A stretch of DNA of 64,000 nt, from positions 160-64,159 of the forward strand of contig JAQYVW010000008.1 of assembly GCA_030145325.1 (NCBI GenBank), given 5' to 3'. The DNA comes from Desulfurivibrionaceae bacterium. GTDB lineage: Bacteria; Desulfobacterota; Desulfobulbia; Desulfobulbales; UBA5123. The translations under genes and the position numbers were made by a program. Under the pieces are notes generated by a model. It was not told where the DNA came from and searched no databases. It was given only the letters and a program-made list of their open reading frames with translations. Shown in pieces: positions 30,615 through 40,578 of this stretch. Positions within the stretch are counted from its first letter, which is position 1, and every line of letters starts with the position of its first letter.

Positions 30615-31145
30615 TTATTTTTTTATAGTCTTCAAACCGGCCAGGACACTAAATGGAGAAACGTTCTCCTTGGCGCCACACCGGCATGCTTCTTTATTAT
30701 GGTTAGCACCGCAAGCACGGCACAACCCCTGACATTCATCAGCACATAGTAATCTTTCCGGCAGAGCCAAAAATACTTGTTGCCGCAAAAGCTGAAAAAT
30801 ATCGATGGCCGCTTCTTCGATAAAGATAGTATCCATCTCGTCGGCATCTATTTCATGCTCGCCAGAAATAGACGGGGCGGAACCGGTGAATTCAAATTCC
30901 ACCTGAAAATCGTCACCAAGGGTCTTTTCAAACAACTCAAGACAACGATCACAGGCCAGGATCACAGTTGCCGACAACGTCCCATCCACAAAGACCCGCT
31001 GCCCATCCCTCTTCAACAAAACCGCCGCTGAAACCTTGCCGCGCCGCTCAAGTTCCTGATCGGGGAACCAAGCCTCATCGGTTATGGTCAAGCTTGTTCC
31101 TTCAGCCGAAATCTCATCGAATCGAACTTTCAAACTCGCACCCAT
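30615..31145 (-). CDS. yceD: YceD/DUF177 family protein
   Basis: CDRCL, LCADECQGLCRACG and PFSVL motifs; canonical position upstream of rpmF. Start moved downstream of the promoter. Confidence 0.9.
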   Translation of the reverse strand: MGASLKVRFDEISAEGTSLTITDEAWFPDQELERRGKVSAAVLLKRDGQRVFVDGTLSATVILACDRCLELFEKTLGDDFQVEFEFTGSAPSISGEHEIDADEMDTIFIEEAAIDIFQLLRQQVFLALPERLLCADECQGLCRACGANHNKEACRCGAKENVSPFSVLAGLKTIKK

Positions 31146-31181
31146 ATCAATGAAGGGGTCACTGTTAACACAAAATGTCGG

Positions 31182-31209
31182 AATATATAAGATCATTCAT
31201 CATTGTCAA
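31182..31209 (-). promoter_or_regulatory. Sigma-70-type promoter of the yceD-rpmF-fab operon
   Basis: TTGACA-N16-TATATT on the minus strand. Confidence 0.55.
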
Positions 31210-31243
31210 GCTATTTCGCCACCTCACCCCTTTTCATCGCAGC

Positions 31244-31759
31244 TTACTTCCACTGTCGGCGATAGACGCCGATCACTTGCAAGAGCCATCTTAACCAGCT
31301 CAAGATCGCCATGACCAATATCAAATTAATGGCATAAAGAACATATTGCCTGGCCAGTTGCGACGAACCGGTATGCAACATGATACTCCACTCCACAGGG
31401 AGAGAGACAACCACAGAAAAGACCAGGATATATCCCACCAAAAAAATAAAAAACAACAAAAAACCGGCCAGCAACGGCTGCATAACCGCAAGCAAACGTT
31501 CCCTGACCAAAGTAACACCCCGCCCAAAGAAATAAAGCAGCCAGCCAAGCACAAAACCAGCTGGTGCCGAGATAACAACTGCCCAAATGCCACCGCCATA
31601 CCAATAGACAAATAAGCCGGTATGAATCGTGACCAGGAGGAGATAAAAAGCAGCCAATCGCCACTGCGGCGACAACGGACAGGGGGGCACCACCCTTTTG
31701 TTGGCAACAGGCGGAATAGATTGCGGGGACTCATTTTTTCGCCAAGATGTACGACGCAT
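31244..31759 (-). CDS. Hypothetical membrane protein (about 4 TM)
   Basis: The most protein-like of three overlapping minus-strand frames; hydrophobic segments. Start uncertain. Confidence 0.55.
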   Translation of the reverse strand: MRRTSWRKNESPQSIPPVANKRVVPPCPLSPQWRLAAFYLLLVTIHTGLFVYWYGGGIWAVVISAPAGFVLGWLLYFFGRGVTLVRERLLAVMQPLLAGFLLFFIFLVGYILVFSVVVSLPVEWSIMLHTGSSQLARQYVLYAINLILVMAILSWLRWLLQVIGVYRRQWK

Positions 31760-32176
31760 GCCAAAAAACCTTTTCTAACTGCTCAGAGTAACTACCCAGC
31801 CAAGAACCGCTAATGAACCACCAAGTAGGCGGATTCGTAACCATGTGCTGCATTCTTGTCAAGACAAACAACCGAGGCCTTTGCCATTACAAGTATTTAT
31901 AATGCCAAAACACCTTACAGAACTCGCAACAAAAGATCTCAGCACTGCAGAAGGTTGAGAACAGAAGTTACCCAAAGAAGAGAGACAAATCTTTTCTGAC
32001 CAGGATTTGTACCCCCGCCAAGACGCAAGAGGCCATATTTTGGCAAAGTCATGAAAAAAATATCGAACAACATCAAAGATAGCAAAACTACGACCAATCA
32101 AACCACCATTGACCATGGGACACTTACCTAACCGACAACCCCAGCCTGACCAAATTAAAGAAATACATTTTTCCTG

Positions 32177-32205
32177 TTGACAACTGGAACATTCCTACCA
32201 ATAAT
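32177..32205 (+). promoter_or_regulatory. Sigma-70-type promoter
   Basis: TTGACA-N17-AATAAT upstream of the first PilZ gene. Confidence 0.45.
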
Positions 32206-32261
32206 TAGTATTAAATTAATTGAATATTGCTGGGCTGACAACATCAACGAGGCTGCACAAC

Positions 32262-32654
32262 ATGCAATCGAATGAGCAAAACATTAACCGCCGAAAACAC
32301 CCGCGCTTCTCACTCAAAAACAGCATCTTTGTTACCGGGTTGAAAATTGGGCGCCTTGTTGATATCAGCCATGGCGGCATGGCTTTTCATTACGCTGACC
32401 ACCAAGAATGGCCAGAGGAATTGAGCGAGAAAAGTACTCTGCAATACAACAACGAGGATCTTCTTCAAGATATTGCCATCAAGACCGTCTCCGACACCGA
32501 ACTACCCAACAGCTTTAAAAATGGATCTATAATCGTCCGTCGACGCTCAGTGTGTTTCCAACAACTCACCCCAGAACATGTCGATCAACTCAACAAGTTG
32601 ATTGATATTGCTACCCCGCTGAGGCAGACAAACACTGCCTCAAATCCGCTCTAG
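32262..32654 (+). CDS. Stand-alone PilZ domain protein
   Basis: c-di-GMP motifs RRKHPR and DISHGG. Confidence 0.85.
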   Translation: MQSNEQNINRRKHPRFSLKNSIFVTGLKIGRLVDISHGGMAFHYADHQEWPEELSEKSTLQYNNEDLLQDIAIKTVSDTELPNSFKNGSIIVRRRSVCFQQLTPEHVDQLNKLIDIATPLRQTNTASNPL

Positions 32655-32688
32655 GATAATTAGCAATTTTTTAGACCACTCCACTTAA

Positions 32689-32910
32689 GGGTGTCTTGAA
32701 TAATTCTTTTGGTTCGAGATCTTGTAAGCGAGATCACGACCGAGACCCGCGAAAAATTTTACCGCAGGCACTTCCTGCGGGGTGCATATATTCGATATCG
32801 GAATCTCCACTTCGTTTCGCTTACCTCCGAGAATAAAATTCTGAGCGTAACGCAGAAATCGGGCGAGATCGTCGCTTGCTGAGAAACGAAAGACAATTCT
32901 TTAAGTTTCC
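32689..32910. mobile_element. MITE-like element, copy 2, with internal insertions and TTAA flanks
   Basis: TTAA at 32685-88 and 32911-14. Shares GTTCGAGATC, GCGAAAAA, CGCAGGCA, CCGAG and TAACGCAGA.ATCGGGC, in the same order, with 22408-22552. Confidence 0.65.
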
Positions 32911-33042
32911 TTAAACTATCACCTTGACAGGCAAAACCTTATTCCCCAAACAATAATAATTTACACAAAACCTAACAACCAGAACACCCATAAGGGTATT
33001 TTTTACCATCTTAACCATTCCCACATTTAAAAGAGGCTGCCC

Positions 33043-33417
33043 ATGACAACATTAAAAAAATCATTCTCAGATCGCAGAACACACCATCGAGTCACCATCG
33101 CCAATTGCATGTTCAACACCAACCTGAAAATCGGTCGGGTCATTGATATTAGCTTAGGCGGGATCTCTTTCTACTATGCCGACCGACATTCATGGCCAGA
33201 ACAGCAAACAAGCACAGGTACACTTTACTTTGAGGCCGCACCACCGCTTAAGGAGTTACCTTTACACACCATTGCCGATCTAGAACTACCCAACAACTAC
33301 ACGCCCGGTTCCATGGTTATCCACCGCCGCTCAATGCGCTTCGGCGCCCTCTCCCCCTTCCAAAAAGAAATACTTACCACTCTACTCAAGGAGATCCCCC
33401 CCAAGGTGCCGAAATAA
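33043..33417 (+). CDS. Stand-alone PilZ domain protein (paralog of 32262..32654)
   Basis: RRTHHR and DISLGG; shares LKIGR..DIS.GG..F.YAD...WPE and ELPN....GS....RRS with its neighbour. Confidence 0.85.
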   Translation: MTTLKKSFSDRRTHHRVTIANCMFNTNLKIGRVIDISLGGISFYYADRHSWPEQQTSTGTLYFEAAPPLKELPLHTIADLELPNNYTPGSMVIHRRSMRFGALSPFQKEILTTLLKEIPPKVPK

Positions 33418-34344
33418 ACTCAGCAAATCACGGTTATCAAACCGAGTCAGCCCAGCCTGTTTAGCAAGCCGTACCGCTTCCCGATATTCCTCATGGGCAA
33501 GGGATTGATTGAGGAGCGGGAATCCATCGACCCGCCCACAGGGACGATACTGATCCATAAGGTTAACATACGTAGCCGACGAAATTTCCGTAGCCAAAAA
33601 CCGCATAATCCCACCGACTTCATCAGCTCCCCCCGGCATCACCAGATGTCGCACCAAAAGACCCCTGCGGGCTAAACCCTCCCCATCAATAACCAGATCA
33701 CCCACCTGCCGGTGCATCTCTCTAATTGCCGCCCGCGCCTGTTCAGGATAATCAGCGGCGTTAGCATAAATACGGCCCGACTCCTGTTCCCAAAACTTGA
33801 AATCCGGCATATAGATGTCCACCACCCCGGCCAACAAGCTCAAGGTTTCGACACGATCATAACCACTTGAGTTGTAGACCAACGGCAACGTCAAGCCTCG
33901 CTCCACAGCCAACACCAACGCGCCTAGGATCTGCGGAACAACATGACTGGGAGTAACAAGATTGATATTCGAACAGCCCTGCTTCTGGAGGCTCATCATC
34001 ACTGCCGCCAATTGCCCGGCACTCATCTCAACCCCATCACCTTGGTGACTGATCTCATAATTTTGACAGAAGAGACAAAGAAGATTGCAATTGCTAAAAA
34101 ATATTGCCCCTGAGCCTCCCGTCCCCACCAGTACCGCCTCCTCACCAAAATGAGGATTATAACTGGCCACCCTGACTTGCTCTCCGGTTCGGCAACTCCC
34201 GCGTCGATTACTCAACCGATCCACAAGACAGCGCCGAGGACAGAGTTGGCAACTTGCTAAACGCGCACGGGAAAGTTCCGCCCGTTGCGCCAACTCACCG
34301 CTACGGTAAAGGGCAAGATAGCCCGGCTCATAGTCCTTCTTCAT
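33382..34344 (-). CDS. Radical SAM protein, PflX-like
   Basis: Motifs CQLCPRRC, HFGEE, CNLLCLFCQN, NINLVTPSH, DIYMPDFK and RHLVMP. Confidence 0.9.
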   Translation of the reverse strand: MKKDYEPGYLALYRSGELAQRAELSRARLASCQLCPRRCLVDRLSNRRGSCRTGEQVRVASYNPHFGEEAVLVGTGGSGAIFFSNCNLLCLFCQNYEISHQGDGVEMSAGQLAAVMMSLQKQGCSNINLVTPSHVVPQILGALVLAVERGLTLPLVYNSSGYDRVETLSLLAGVVDIYMPDFKFWEQESGRIYANAADYPEQARAAIREMHRQVGDLVIDGEGLARRGLLVRHLVMPGGADEVGGIMRFLATEISSATYVNLMDQYRPCGRVDGFPLLNQSLAHEEYREAVRLAKQAGLTRFDNRDLLSLFRHLGGDLLE

Positions 34345-34473
34345 CTATCTCCTCTTCTTGGTCAGTAACCACCAGCTAAGAATCTTAGCCCACGATTGCA
34401 TAATTTACTGAACTACGATACTTTGCAGCAAAACATTGATCCATATCAGCCTCCGTAAACTCCGGCCCCCCCC

Positions 34474-35517
34474 ATGACCAACTGGCAAAAAATACTCAAC
34501 GCAAGCATCACCTCTCCCAGGCAACTGGCCAAACATTTCGATCTCGACCCCACCGGGTTGGCGCAGGTGACAGATCGCTACCCCATGCGGATAAACCCCT
34601 ACTACCTGAACCTGCTCAACAAAGTTGGCGATCCGCTCTGGCTCCAGGCGGTGCCGGATCAACGTGAACTTGCCGATCAAACCTGCTTAGACGATCCCCT
34701 GAACGAAGAGAACTTAAGCCCCGTGGCCAACCTGGTTCATAAATATCCAGACCGAGCACTCTTCCTCGTCTCCTCACAATGCGCCATGTACTGTCGCTTT
34801 TGCACCCGGAAGCGCAAAGTCGGCACCCACCGGATGACCGTCAGCGACGCCACCATCGAAGCGGGACTTGATTACCTCAGAAAAACACCAACCATTCACG
34901 ACGTATTGGTTTCCGGCGGCGACCCCCTGCTGCTGAGCGATGAACGTCTGGAGTGGATACTTGCCTCCTTGAGAGCAATCCCCTCCCTTGAGATCATTCG
35001 CATCGGCACCAGGGTTCCCTGCACTCTGCCCATGCGGGTAACAGTAAAACTAGCATCAATGCTGAAAAAATTTCATCCCCTCTACATCAATACCCACTTC
35101 AACCACCCAGCCGAGATCACTCCCGCAGCAACCATCGCCGCCACCCGGCTTGCCAACGTCGGCATTCCCCTTGGCTGCCAGACCGTCCTTTTGCGCGGCG
35201 TCAACGACAACCCAGCCACCATGCGCGAACTGATGCAAAAACTCCTGCAAATCCGTATCAAACCCTACTACATCTTTCAGGCCGATATGAGCCGAGGCAC
35301 CGACCACCTCCGAACCCCTGTTGCCACCGGCATCGAGATCATGAAAGCGCTCATCGGCCACACCTCAGGAATGGCAACCCCCACCCTGGCCGTCGACCTA
35401 CCCGGCGGCGGCGGCAAGATCCCATTATCGCCAGAGTATGTTAAAACAATGACCGGAAACCGTATCGACGTCATCAACTACCAAGGCCTACCATGTTCCT
35501 ATCTTGACGCAGGATAA
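34474..35517 (+). CDS. KamA family radical SAM protein (lysine 2,3-aminomutase-like)
   Basis: Motifs HKYPDR, CAMYCRFCTRKR, SGGDPL, RIGTR, HFNHP, QTVLLRGVND and PGGGGK. Confidence 0.92.
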   Translation: MTNWQKILNASITSPRQLAKHFDLDPTGLAQVTDRYPMRINPYYLNLLNKVGDPLWLQAVPDQRELADQTCLDDPLNEENLSPVANLVHKYPDRALFLVSSQCAMYCRFCTRKRKVGTHRMTVSDATIEAGLDYLRKTPTIHDVLVSGGDPLLLSDERLEWILASLRAIPSLEIIRIGTRVPCTLPMRVTVKLASMLKKFHPLYINTHFNHPAEITPAATIAATRLANVGIPLGCQTVLLRGVNDNPATMRELMQKLLQIRIKPYYIFQADMSRGTDHLRTPVATGIEIMKALIGHTSGMATPTLAVDLPGGGGKIPLSPEYVKTMTGNRIDVINYQGLPCSYLDAG

Positions 35518-35667
35518 ACAGAAACAAAAGACCTTTGAAATATTCGGTATTGCCTGGAAACACTTTCCACCATTGCCGCTTCCCTGTGCTATAATCAAAA
35601 AACAATTGCGGTACCCGACTGGTACCCGCCGACATCTGACCACTTTGCACCCCTGATGGAGCATAGG

Positions 35668-36600
35668 ATGAATCGCAAAATACTAATCGCTGTGGATGGC
35701 TCACCACACAGTTTCAGTATCCTTCGTTATCTGGGAAAACTTTTTGCCGGGGCAAAGGAAATACAATTCCACCTTCTGTGCATCGTCCCCTGCGGAGAAC
35801 ATGCCCTGGGCGAGGATTGGCTCAAGGAAGATGACATAATCAACTCCCTTCCCCACGAGGCCCACAAACGTTGGCATCAAGCCAAACGTTACATGGGCGA
35901 AGCTCTTCTCCAACTGGCCCGACACGGCATTGATCCGGATCAAGTCTCCACCGAAACCAGAATCAAACGTACCAGTATCAGCGCCGACCTCCTCACGGAA
36001 GCACGGAATGGTGTGTACGACGCGGTACTCATCGGTCGCCGGGGCTTAAGCAAGGTGGAGTCTTTGTTCATGGGTAGTGTTTCCGAAAAAATCCTCACCC
36101 AGTGCCACGACCTACCCATTTGGTTGATTGACGGCCAGGTACACTCCGACAAGTTTTTGGTTCCCATCGACGGCACCGTCCATTCCCTCCGTGCAGTGGA
36201 TCACCTTGCCTTTATCCTGCAAAACTCACCCCATTCCGAAATCACCCTTTTTCACTCATCAGCCTTCCTTGCCAGCAAAGGCGCAAGCGCCAAAGATGAT
36301 TTCCAAGAGATATGGGGCAAGGAGTGGTGTGACCTGCACCTAAGCGACGAGAACAGCGTCTTTCACGCCCCCGAACAACTGCTCCTGGGAAGCGGCATCC
36401 CCGCCCAAAATATCCACCGCCTCCATACCCGTCGCGGCTTACACCCCAGCAGACAAATTCTCAGACAAGCGATGGTGGATGAATACGGTACCATTGTCAT
36501 GGGTCGACGCGGCAAAGAAACCAAGAAAGGATTAATTGGCAGCATCTCCGAGCCAGTTCTCCTGATGGCCGAAGGACTTGCCGTCTGGCTGGTGGGCTGA
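35668..36600 (+). CDS. Universal stress protein (tandem USP domains)
   Basis: KILIAVDGS...GRRG...MGSVS, repeated as FLVPIDG...MGRRG...IGSIS. Start at 35656 or 35668. Confidence 0.9.
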   Translation: MNRKILIAVDGSPHSFSILRYLGKLFAGAKEIQFHLLCIVPCGEHALGEDWLKEDDIINSLPHEAHKRWHQAKRYMGEALLQLARHGIDPDQVSTETRIKRTSISADLLTEARNGVYDAVLIGRRGLSKVESLFMGSVSEKILTQCHDLPIWLIDGQVHSDKFLVPIDGTVHSLRAVDHLAFILQNSPHSEITLFHSSAFLASKGASAKDDFQEIWGKEWCDLHLSDENSVFHAPEQLLLGSGIPAQNIHRLHTRRGLHPSRQILRQAMVDEYGTIVMGRRGKETKKGLIGSISEPVLLMAEGLAVWLVG

Positions 36601-36705
36601 CCCCACTGTTTTCAGAAAGAAAACCCCTCCCGCAGAGCAAAACAAATACTCTTTGCGGCAAAAATCAGGGCCAGCAACGCTGGCAATCTTTAGCAAACAT
36701 TTATA

Positions 36706-36794
36706 ATGTCTTGAATGTTTAGAATTTTGTTCGAGATCGTTAAGCGAGATAACTCCCTTGACGAGAATAGATAGAGAATTATTCAAGATTTCCC
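36706..36794. repeat. Degenerate, internally deleted copy 3 of the MITE-like element
   Basis: TGTCTTGAAT...TTGTTCGAGATC..TAAGCGAGAT...AATTATTCAAGAT matches the ends of 32689-32910. Lies between convergent genes. Confidence 0.5.
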
Positions 36795-36799
36795 TCTGC

Positions 36800-38110
36800 T
36801 CAATGGAACTTGATCTTCGCCAATGCCCTTTCACCAAGACCAAAATCACGATCAAGCTGCCCCACGTCCAATTGAAATAGCAACCAGAACGGTCTATTGC
36901 CCTTAGCCGACGACTTTAACATTGGGTAAGCAATCTCAAACCCTTTGCACCCCATGGGAGTGGCGGCATCAGCATGAAAAAGACTAATAACCCGGAAGGG
37001 GGAGTTCTTCTCTCCTTTAAAGGGAATGGTGCTGTAACTATCCCCAACCTTAATTCGGCTGGCGCCAGTAACCGGGGAATAAGCGGCGATCACCTCTTTG
37101 TCCCGGTTCAGCACCACCAAACCAGCAATGGCAAAAAATGATGGGTTCTGGCGGGCAAAATAACTTTGCAGAATCGCCTTCATTGCTCCGTCATCCCCCC
37201 CGCCGAGAGGTTCAACCAAGGCCTTACCCAGGAACCGGCTATCCTCGACGATGCGGTTGGAAAAACTTAGCTTGCGCTGGTCGAGGATTTTTACCCCCTT
37301 GCTGAAAGAGGGAATCGCCACGCAAAAAGCAATAAGAAGTAACCCCGCCAACCCCAGAGCCGGGATCAACCATTGCTTCATCCGTCGATACCGTTTCTCA
37401 AGTTTTTTGCTTTTGCTGACATCACGACCGAGAAAAATAAAACCGTTAACATTGTGATGACCATCATAGAGAATAGTGGTACTGGTGGAGACATAGCGGA
37501 TCTCCTCGTCCGGATGCCTGATGGGCAGAATCTTTTCAGACAGAGACCTTCCGGCATAAATATCATCAATGAACTGCCGGTATTCCTCGGGGCTCTGGTA
37601 CACCTCAGCCAGCGACTGCTCACGCATCTGCTCCCAGCTTCTGCCATGCAACCTTTCCGCAGCCATATTCCAAGCCAGGATCTTTCGATCCTGATCAGTC
37701 ATAATCACCGCATCGGGCAGCTGATCACAAAATTCCTTGAGACCATGAACCACTTTTGTGGTTTCTTGCAGACGGCGGGCCAGGGTTCTAGAGATCTTCG
37801 GAGCCAGGGTTGGATAATTGCCGATAAATTCGGTGACCCGGTCGGCCGGGATGCAAATCGCCTTCACCGGGGTTACGGCTTTAACGGTGGCGGTTCGTTT
37901 TTCTCCCAACAGGTAGGCCATCTCTCCCACCAGTGACTCAGGCTCAGAGATAACCGACAACTTCTTATCATCCTTGAAAATGGCCAGCTCCCCCTCCACC
38001 AACATATAAATATCCTGCGAAGGGTCACCTTCAGCAAAAATGGTGTCACCAACGGCAAAGGATACGAGGTACTTGTCATGTTCCGGCAGGTTGGTCCCAT
38101 TAGCCATCAT
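36800..38110 (-). CDS. Membrane protein with cNMP-binding domain, PAS domain, single TM and extracytoplasmic domain
   Basis: IFAEGD..DIYMLVEG...VGEMA..RTATV (cNMP); LPDAVIMTD...WNMAAERLHG...RDVS (PAS); TM WLIPALGLAGLLLIAFCVAI. ATG overlaps the upstream stop. Confidence 0.85.
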   Translation of the reverse strand: MMANGTNLPEHDKYLVSFAVGDTIFAEGDPSQDIYMLVEGELAIFKDDKKLSVISEPESLVGEMAYLLGEKRTATVKAVTPVKAICIPADRVTEFIGNYPTLAPKISRTLARRLQETTKVVHGLKEFCDQLPDAVIMTDQDRKILAWNMAAERLHGRSWEQMREQSLAEVYQSPEEYRQFIDDIYAGRSLSEKILPIRHPDEEIRYVSTSTTILYDGHHNVNGFIFLGRDVSKSKKLEKRYRRMKQWLIPALGLAGLLLIAFCVAIPSFSKGVKILDQRKLSFSNRIVEDSRFLGKALVEPLGGGDDGAMKAILQSYFARQNPSFFAIAGLVVLNRDKEVIAAYSPVTGASRIKVGDSYSTIPFKGEKNSPFRVISLFHADAATPMGCKGFEIAYPMLKSSAKGNRPFWLLFQLDVGQLDRDFGLGERALAKIKFH

Positions 38111-38754
38111 TATTGCTGTTCCTGAGCGACAAAGGTTTGGTAGATATGGGTTGTGATTTGTGCCGATATATCAGCCATGGCCTCGCTCATTGCTGCCGCT
38201 ACTTCCTGCGGAGACTTGGCAGCGCAAGGATTTTTGGCACTAAACTTCTCCTGAAAAAGAACCCGTTTGTCCAAAGCTGACTCCTGGGCATCAATAAAAG
38301 CCACTCGCAAGACGATTACGGCCTGCCAGCCACCCTGCTCATCCCACTCCATAAACTTCTCCACCGCTCCCTCCAAAAGGTGGGTGTGGGGCAGCTTAGC
38401 GAACGGCGATGACACGGCCTGAAACAAGCCGCTCTGCTGTAGATCTCTACTCAGAAAATAGGTTACCAACTGGGCAGGCTGGACACGCCACCGGTGATAA
38501 AAATAGAGATTGCTACGATACTGCTTGTCCCGATAAACAATCTGGTTGGTTTGTAGAATTGGGCTGGCTGAGAAATTATCCACCCGCAAGCGCACCGGAA
38601 GTCTTGCCTGGAGATGCGGCACCGGGGGGCTAGCATATTCGAGGTTATAATATTCAATCTGCGGTTCGCGCTGCTGGAGGCCACCACAGCCGGCCAGTAG
38701 CAAACACACGGCCAGCAGGGCCAAAAAAATATTCAGCTTTGGAATCATGGTCAT
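38110..38754 (-). CDS. PqiC-like ABC transport auxiliary lipoprotein
   Basis: Lipobox LAGC; YYNL, IVYR and YHRW..QPA motifs. Confidence 0.85.
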   Translation of the reverse strand: MTMIPKLNIFLALLAVCLLLAGCGGLQQREPQIEYYNLEYASPPVPHLQARLPVRLRVDNFSASPILQTNQIVYRDKQYRSNLYFYHRWRVQPAQLVTYFLSRDLQQSGLFQAVSSPFAKLPHTHLLEGAVEKFMEWDEQGGWQAVIVLRVAFIDAQESALDKRVLFQEKFSAKNPCAAKSPQEVAAAMSEAMADISAQITTHIYQTFVAQEQQ

Positions 38755-38783
38755 CCCTCTTTGGTTAAAAAAATTATCCTTAC

Positions 38784-39749
38784 CTACTGACCACCCTGCG
38801 TAGCGGGAAATCGCCGGGCCGGCGGGGCGCTGAACAGTAATCGGGATGGCTGATTATTCAGCTGCTCCATAAGTTGTCGCAACTGCAAAGTCGCCTCTTC
38901 GACATCCTTGCCGGCCATATGCAGGTGACGGTTAACCGTATTAATGCTGCTATCGGTGGAGTCGGTCAACTCAGCCATCTCACCCAACAACAGGTCCGCT
39001 TTATTAACCGAACGATTCAACGAAACGATGGTTCCCTGTAAACCGACCATAACCCCATCCCAGCGGGCTGGATCCAAGTCAGCATTAAGACTCGTCAGGG
39101 ATTTTTTCAATTCGCCAGAAACCCCTTTCAAATCGAGATCAACAATGGCCTGATTTAAGTTATCCAGAGTTACATTGGCCTTGTTGCCAATGCCTACCAC
39201 GTCCGTTTTTACCACCGCCTGGTCGATATGATCCAGGGTTGCCGCCAACCGTTTTGAAATACCGCCCACATCCAAAGCGTTAAGCTTCTGAATCACCTCA
39301 TCGATGCCGCGAAATAGTTCACTGATCTCCGATGGCCTGGAGGCCAAAACTGGATATTCGGTGGGGAAATGCAGCTCTGGACTGCTGCTTCTATCCTCAG
39401 GGAGACAGCGATCCAGCTCGATAAACATCGAACCGGTGATTCCCACCACCTTCAATTGGGCGATCAAGTTGTTATCAAGCTTAAGTTCAGATTCAATCTT
39501 AACAATCACCTCAATGAGCCGCGAATCAGCTGCCACCCCGATCCGCTCAACCCTGCCAATGGCAACCCCCCGATATTTTACCGGCGAATCGATGGCCAGC
39601 CCTTGCACCGATTCATTAAAATAAACTGCATAATAACTGCCTTTCTCGAAAAAACGGCTCATCCCCAGCCAGATGATGGCCACCACCGCAATGGCAAGGC
39701 CACCGGCCACGAACAAGCCAACCCAGAATTTTGTTTTTTTGTCTGTCAT
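38784..39749 (-). CDS. mlaD: MCE/MlaD family protein
   Basis: VGLFV TM, FNESVQGL..DSPVKYRGVAIGRV, GITG..FIEL and a long helical tail. Confidence 0.9.
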   Translation of the reverse strand: MTDKKTKFWVGLFVAGGLAIAVVAIIWLGMSRFFEKGSYYAVYFNESVQGLAIDSPVKYRGVAIGRVERIGVAADSRLIEVIVKIESELKLDNNLIAQLKVVGITGSMFIELDRCLPEDRSSSPELHFPTEYPVLASRPSEISELFRGIDEVIQKLNALDVGGISKRLAATLDHIDQAVVKTDVVGIGNKANVTLDNLNQAIVDLDLKGVSGELKKSLTSLNADLDPARWDGVMVGLQGTIVSLNRSVNKADLLLGEMAELTDSTDSSINTVNRHLHMAGKDVEEATLQLRQLMEQLNNQPSRLLFSAPPARRFPATQGGQ

Positions 39750-39785
39750 CTATTCTTGCCTTTTATTGCTCATGCCGAGATGGCC

Positions 39786-40574
39786 TTATTCTAAACCAGT
39801 TTTATGCGGAGAAGGTTCCCGATTGAAAAACTGCCGTACATAACTATTTTGACTGTTCTCTCGCAGATGAGCCGGATCACCAGCAGCGATGATCCCTTTG
39901 GCTCGTTTATCCAACATGATGATCCGGTCAGCCACCGTATAAATGCTGTCCAGTTCGTGGGTAACGATAATCATGGTGGTGCCGAGGGTTTTATTAAGAT
40001 GGAGAATCAACTGGTCAAGCTCCGCCGAACTAATGGGATCCAGACCGGCTGAAGGTTCATCAAAAAAGAGGATCTGGGGATTGAGGGCCATGGCCCTTGC
40101 TAAACCGGCTCGTTTTTTCATCCCGCCACTGATCTCAGCAGGCAAATGATGCTCGTAACCAGCCAGATTAACCAGCGCAAGCTTCATCCTGACCAGCGTA
40201 TCGATATGTGTTTGCGGCAGGTCGGTATACTCCTGGAGCGGCAAGGCGACGTTTTCGGCCAAAGTCATGGAGCCAAACAGAGCCCCGCTCTGGAAGAGAA
40301 TTCCGCACTGGCGAAGAACCCGTTGCAAATTTTGTTCATCGGTGAGAGCAAGATCGTTAATGGTGATGGAACCGGCCATGGGTGGGCAAAGCCCGATCAG
40401 GTGTTTGAGCAGAGTACTTTTACCGCAACCGCTGCCGCCAAGGATAACAAAGATCTCACCCTCTAAAACGTCGAAATTAAGATCTTTGAGGATCACCTCT
40501 TCGCCATATCCCGCCACCAGATCCCGAACCTTAATTACCGGCTTAGCAGTGGCATGTTTACTATCACTCCTCAT
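39786..40574 (-). CDS. mlaF: MlaF-type ABC ATPase
   Basis: Motifs GGSGCGKS, FQSGALF, ISGGMKKRAGLARA, DEPSAGLDP and VTHEL. Confidence 0.92.
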   Translation of the reverse strand: MRSDSKHATAKPVIKVRDLVAGYGEEVILKDLNFDVLEGEIFVILGGSGCGKSTLLKHLIGLCPPMAGSITINDLALTDEQNLQRVLRQCGILFQSGALFGSMTLAENVALPLQEYTDLPQTHIDTLVRMKLALVNLAGYEHHLPAEISGGMKKRAGLARAMALNPQILFFDEPSAGLDPISSAELDQLILHLNKTLGTTMIIVTHELDSIYTVADRIIMLDKRAKGIIAAGDPAHLRENSQNSYVRQFFNREPSPHKTGLE

Positions 40575-40578
40575 TCCC

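Noticed and set aside
31321-31764. Alternative overlapping minus-strand frames (147 aa and 112 aa)
   Set aside because: Cys/Trp-rich composition typical of off-frame translation of a membrane-protein gene; 31244..31759 is preferred.
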